The notes under the pieces: generated by a model | Database searches by the model: none | Told to the model about the DNA's origin: nothing | Seen by the model: the letters and a program-made list of their open reading frames with translations, nothing else | In this document: positions 61,187-64,000 of the stretch, piece after piece | Layout: every line of letters starts with the position of its first letter | Position numbering within the stretch: position 1 is the stretch's first letter | Assembly (NCBI GenBank): GCA_946183915.1 | Contig: CAMHDJ010000007.1 | Span: 3,782 to 67,781 of the forward strand | Length of the DNA stretch: 64,000 nt | Source of the DNA: an uncultured Bacteroidales bacterium | GTDB taxonomy: Bacteria; Bacteroidota; Bacteroidia; Bacteroidales; P3 | Reading direction: 5' to 3' | Translations under genes and position numbers: made by a program

Positions 61187-62077
61187 ATGAAACCAACACT
61201 ACTAGTTCTGGCTGCCGGCATGGGCAGCCGTTACGGCGGACTGAAGCAGATGGACGGCGTAGGCCCCCACGGCGAGACGATCCTCGACTACAGCGTCACC
61301 GACGCCATCCGCGCCGGCTTCGGCAAGGTGGTCTTCGTCATCCGCAGCTCGTTTGCCGAGCAGTTCAAGCAGCACGTCAACGCCGACCACTACGGCAACC
61401 GCATCGAGGTGGAGTATGTCTACCAAGAGCTGGACAAACTGCCCGCCGGCTTCAGCGTGCCCGAAGGGCGTGAGAAACCCTGGGGCACCAACCACGCCAT
61501 CCTGATGGCCAAAGATGTCATCCATGAACCCTTCGCCATCATCAACGCTGACGACTTCTACGGCCGCGACGCCTTCGAGGTCATGGCGCGCCACCTGGAG
61601 ACCCTCAGCGGCACCGAAGGCCGCTACTGCATGGTGGGCTACCGCCTGGAGAACACCCTCTCGGAGAACGGCACCGTCAGCCGCGGCGTCTGCGAGACCG
61701 ACGCCCAAGGCCTGCTGGTGGGCATGACCGAGCGCACCGCCATCGGCCGCACCCCCAACGGCATCGAGTACAAGGACACCGACGGCACGATGCACCCCCT
61801 CAGCGCCGACGCCACGGTGAGCATGAACCTCTTCGGCTTCACGCCCGACTACTTCGCCAAGAGCGAAAAGCTCTTCGTGGACTTCCTCAAAGAGCACGGC
61901 CAGGAGCTGAAGAGCGAGTACTACATCCCCTTCGCGGTCAACACCTTCATCCACCGCGGCGAGGCCACCATGACGGTGCTGAAGACCACCGCCCAGTGGT
62001 TCGGCGTCACCTACAAGGAGGACCGCCCGATGGTGGTGGAGCGCCTGGCCCGCCTGCACGCTGAGGGTGTGTATTAA
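61187..62077 (+). CDS. Sugar-phosphate nucleotidyltransferase family protein
   Basis: N-terminal LVLAAGMGSRYGGLKQ (GxGxR nucleotide-binding loop). Confidence 0.75.
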   Translation: MKPTLLVLAAGMGSRYGGLKQMDGVGPHGETILDYSVTDAIRAGFGKVVFVIRSSFAEQFKQHVNADHYGNRIEVEYVYQELDKLPAGFSVPEGREKPWGTNHAILMAKDVIHEPFAIINADDFYGRDAFEVMARHLETLSGTEGRYCMVGYRLENTLSENGTVSRGVCETDAQGLLVGMTERTAIGRTPNGIEYKDTDGTMHPLSADATVSMNLFGFTPDYFAKSEKLFVDFLKEHGQELKSEYYIPFAVNTFIHRGEATMTVLKTTAQWFGVTYKEDRPMVVERLARLHAEGVY

Positions 62078-62095
62078 AACTCCCCGCCTGCGGCG

Positions 62096-62624
62096 GAGAT
62101 CTTGGAAATCTTGGAAATCCGTATGAATCTGAATTTATCGGACCGAGAACTGCTGGATGCCCTTTCGTATGAAATCCGAGGGGCGGCTATGGAGGTGTAC
62201 AACCATTTAGGGCCGGGTTTGCTGGAATCGCTTTACGAAAAAGCTCTTATGATCGAACTGCATATGCGCGACATAAAGGTCAAATCGCAGATTCCAATAA
62301 AAGTGGCCTACAAAGGGGTACCTATCACCGGCGACTACAGGTTGGACCTCCTGGTTGAAGACACCATCATTCTGGAGCTTAAATCAGTGAGCGAGCTGAA
62401 CGCCTTGCACTATAAGCAACTGCGGAGCTATCTGAAGCTGATGAACAAACCGCTGGGATGGCTCATCAACTTCAACGAAGATGATTTTGCCCACGGCATG
62501 ATTAAAGTTCCCAATCGGTTCTACCATCCATAACGGCGCAAGCCCATCAGATTCCTCTAGATTTCCAAGATTTGCCATGAGCCATCAGAAAGAGACAAAT
62601 AATTTCCAAGATTTCCAAGATCTC
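62096..62624. mobile_element. Low-GC cassette carrying a GxxExxY gene, bounded by 24-bp terminal inverted repeats
   Basis: IR-L at 62096-62119 is gagatcttggaaatcttggaaatc. IR-R at 62601-62624 is aatttccaagatttccaagatctc (23 of 24 complementary). The interior is visibly AT-richer than the flanks. Confidence 0.45.
62123..62533 (+). CDS. GxxExxY-family protein (PD-(D/E)XK nuclease superfamily)
   Basis: GPGLLESLYEKAL (the GxxExxY motif), then DLLVEDTIILELK (D...ExK). The ATG at 62123 is preferred over the TTG at 62102. Confidence 0.8.
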   Translation: MNLNLSDRELLDALSYEIRGAAMEVYNHLGPGLLESLYEKALMIELHMRDIKVKSQIPIKVAYKGVPITGDYRLDLLVEDTIILELKSVSELNALHYKQLRSYLKLMNKPLGWLINFNEDDFAHGMIKVPNRFYHP

Positions 62625-63794
62625 GCGGAGCGGGAGATAACTGCATTCGCCAAGGAACACGAAGATGAGGATACCGCGCGGCTGCTGCTGAGTGATGCGC
62701 GGTATCCTGCTATCGACATGCCGCTGGCGGTGCAGCAGATCGAGGGGCGACGGACGGCACGCGAGAAGTGGCCGTCGCTGCTGGAGTGCGAGGACTTCCT
62801 CTACCCTCCGCGGCTGAACCGCGAGCAGGCCTCGTCGGACGAGACGGCGCTATACAAGGCCCGGCTGGTGCACGGCCGGGTGGCCGACCTCACCGGCGGC
62901 ATGGGCGTGGATACGCTGGCCTTCGCCCGCCGGGCGGAGAGGGTCGACTATGTGGAGCGCAACGAAGAGCTCTGCCGCTTGATGGAGCACAACTGCAAGG
63001 CCCTCGGGCTGGAGAACATCAGCGTTCACTGCGGCGACAGCCTAGAATGGCTGGACAACGAAGACCTCCGCTTCGACACCCTCTTCATCGACCCCGCCCG
63101 CCGCTCGGCCACGGGGCGCAAGGTGGCCGCCTTCGAGGACTGCGAGCCCGACATCCTTCAACACCTGGACCTGCTGCGTTCGCGCTGCCGACGGCTGATA
63201 GTCAAGGCCTCACCGATGATAGATATCAACCTGGCCTGCCGCCAACTGGCAGGAGTGACCGAGGTGCATGTCGTCTCCGTCAAAGGGGAGTGCAAGGAGG
63301 TACTCTTCGTCTGCGGCGACACCGACGGCGAGACCCGAATCCATTGCATAGCCCTGGGCAGAAAAGACGGAGAGCCCTACAACTGCGACTTCACCCGTAG
63401 CGAGGAAGCCGCCGCCGCGCCACGCTTCTGCACTGCTGTGGGCCGTTACCTCTACGAGCCCGACGCCGCCCTGATGAAAGGGGGGCCCTACAACCTCATC
63501 TGCCACTGGATGAACCTCGATAAGCTGGCACCCAACACCCATCTCTACACGTCCGACACCCTCATCGAAGGCTTCCCCGGCCGCATCTTCCGCGTGCTGC
63601 GCGAGGCAACGCTGAACAGAAAGGCGATAAAAGAGGCCATCCCCGACGGGAGGGCCCATGTGGTCACGCGCAACTACCCCGTGGCGGCAGCCGACCTTCA
63701 GAAGCAGCTGGGGCTGAAAGAGGGCGGCGACCTCTTCGTCGTCGCCACCACCCTCGGCCAGCGCCGACTGGGGCTCGTCTGCGAGCTGCTATAA
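62577..63794 (+). CDS. Class I SAM-dependent methyltransferase with a THUMP-like C-terminal region
   Basis: VADLTGGMGVDTLAFA SAM-binding motif. The start is uncertain because the first 16 codons lie in the right end of the cassette. Confidence 0.75.
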   Translation: MSHQKETNNFQDFQDLAEREITAFAKEHEDEDTARLLLSDARYPAIDMPLAVQQIEGRRTAREKWPSLLECEDFLYPPRLNREQASSDETALYKARLVHGRVADLTGGMGVDTLAFARRAERVDYVERNEELCRLMEHNCKALGLENISVHCGDSLEWLDNEDLRFDTLFIDPARRSATGRKVAAFEDCEPDILQHLDLLRSRCRRLIVKASPMIDINLACRQLAGVTEVHVVSVKGECKEVLFVCGDTDGETRIHCIALGRKDGEPYNCDFTRSEEAAAAPRFCTAVGRYLYEPDAALMKGGPYNLICHWMNLDKLAPNTHLYTSDTLIEGFPGRIFRVLREATLNRKAIKEAIPDGRAHVVTRNYPVAAADLQKQLGLKEGGDLFVVATTLGQRRLGLVCELL

Positions 63795-63798
63795 AAGT

Positions 63799-63831
63799 GA
63801 AGGGGTCCGGCGGTGCAGGCCGAACCCCTTC
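63799..63831. terminator. Hairpin between convergent genes
   Basis: GAAGGGGT ... ACCCCTTC stem with a 17-nt loop. The flanking T/A runs are weak. Confidence 0.4.
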
Positions 63832-63863
63832 GGGTGAATATGTAAGTGCTTGCTAGTTTCCGT

Positions 63864-64000
63864 TCAACTGCATTTGCTCCAGCCACAGTTGGGGCAGCTC
63901 TTGCAGCCGTTGTTGTAGACCAGTTTGCCACCGCAGTCGGGGCACACCTCGTCGGTCTCGGTGCCGTCCTTGATGTAGCGCTTCAGGGCACGGGCCACAC
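63864..64000 (-). CDS. 3' end of a gene ending in a CxxC...CxxC zinc ribbon, resembling the C-terminus of class II (B12-dependent) ribonucleotide reductase; start outside the window
   Basis: The minus-strand translation is ...VARALKRYIKDGTETDEVCPDCGGKLVYNNGCKSCPNCGWSKCS, with the stop at 63864-63866. Confidence 0.45.
   Translation of the reverse strand, partial: VARALKRYIKDGTETDEVCPDCGGKLVYNNGCKSCPNCGWSKCS

Overview
This window is a high-GC segment (by eye about 60-65% outside two low-GC patches) of a Bacteroidota, Bacteroidales-like chromosome. Supporting signs are TAnnTTTG promoter boxes, no Shine-Dalgarno sites, many T9SS C-terminal sorting domains and a dcw gene order without murF. Contents in order: (1) 1-4350 is the end of a low-GC island, with an integrase cut by the window edge, an 11-bp tandem array and a BspA-like LRR T9SS cargo gene. 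(2) A minus-strand operon mnmA / unknown secreted protein / rsmE / DUF4159, joined by ATGA overlaps. (3) The dcw cluster mraZ-rsmH-ftsL-ftsI-murE-mraY-[180-aa murD remnant]-ftsW-murG-murC-ftsQ-ftsA-ftsZ plus an EamA transporter (9540-25613, minus). (4) Two tandem paralogous T9SS type-B cargo proteins. (5) An S46 peptidase, rpoN reading in frame into an M23 peptidase, ribH, fmt and hup. (6) A lipoprotein plus C10 cysteine protease pair. (7) gpsA, an acyltransferase, a RecD-like helicase, secG, rpmH and rlmD. (8) Two more T9SS cargo genes, apbE, yicC, a TPR/lipoprotein operon, tadA, a nucleotidyltransferase, a GxxExxY gene between 24-bp inverted repeats, a SAM methyltransferase, and the 3' end of an RNR-like gene. 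No rRNA, tRNA or CRISPR array was seen. The most notable observations: the murD slot holds only a MurD C-terminal-domain ORF; rpoN has no stop of its own and runs into a signal peptide plus M23 domain; tandem heptamer tracts sit inside three RNA-modification genes (rsmE, mnmA, rsmH); degenerate 11-bp phased arrays recur in intergenic regions, one family in inverted copies at both ends of the mraZ-ftsW block; a roughly 200-330 bp dispersed repeat with a 26-bp perfect palindrome occurs three times, two copies carrying a 115-nt four-hairpin module; and one T9SS cargo ORF is compositionally mosaic. All coordinates, identities and GC statements come from reading the sequence by eye, and no database search was possible.
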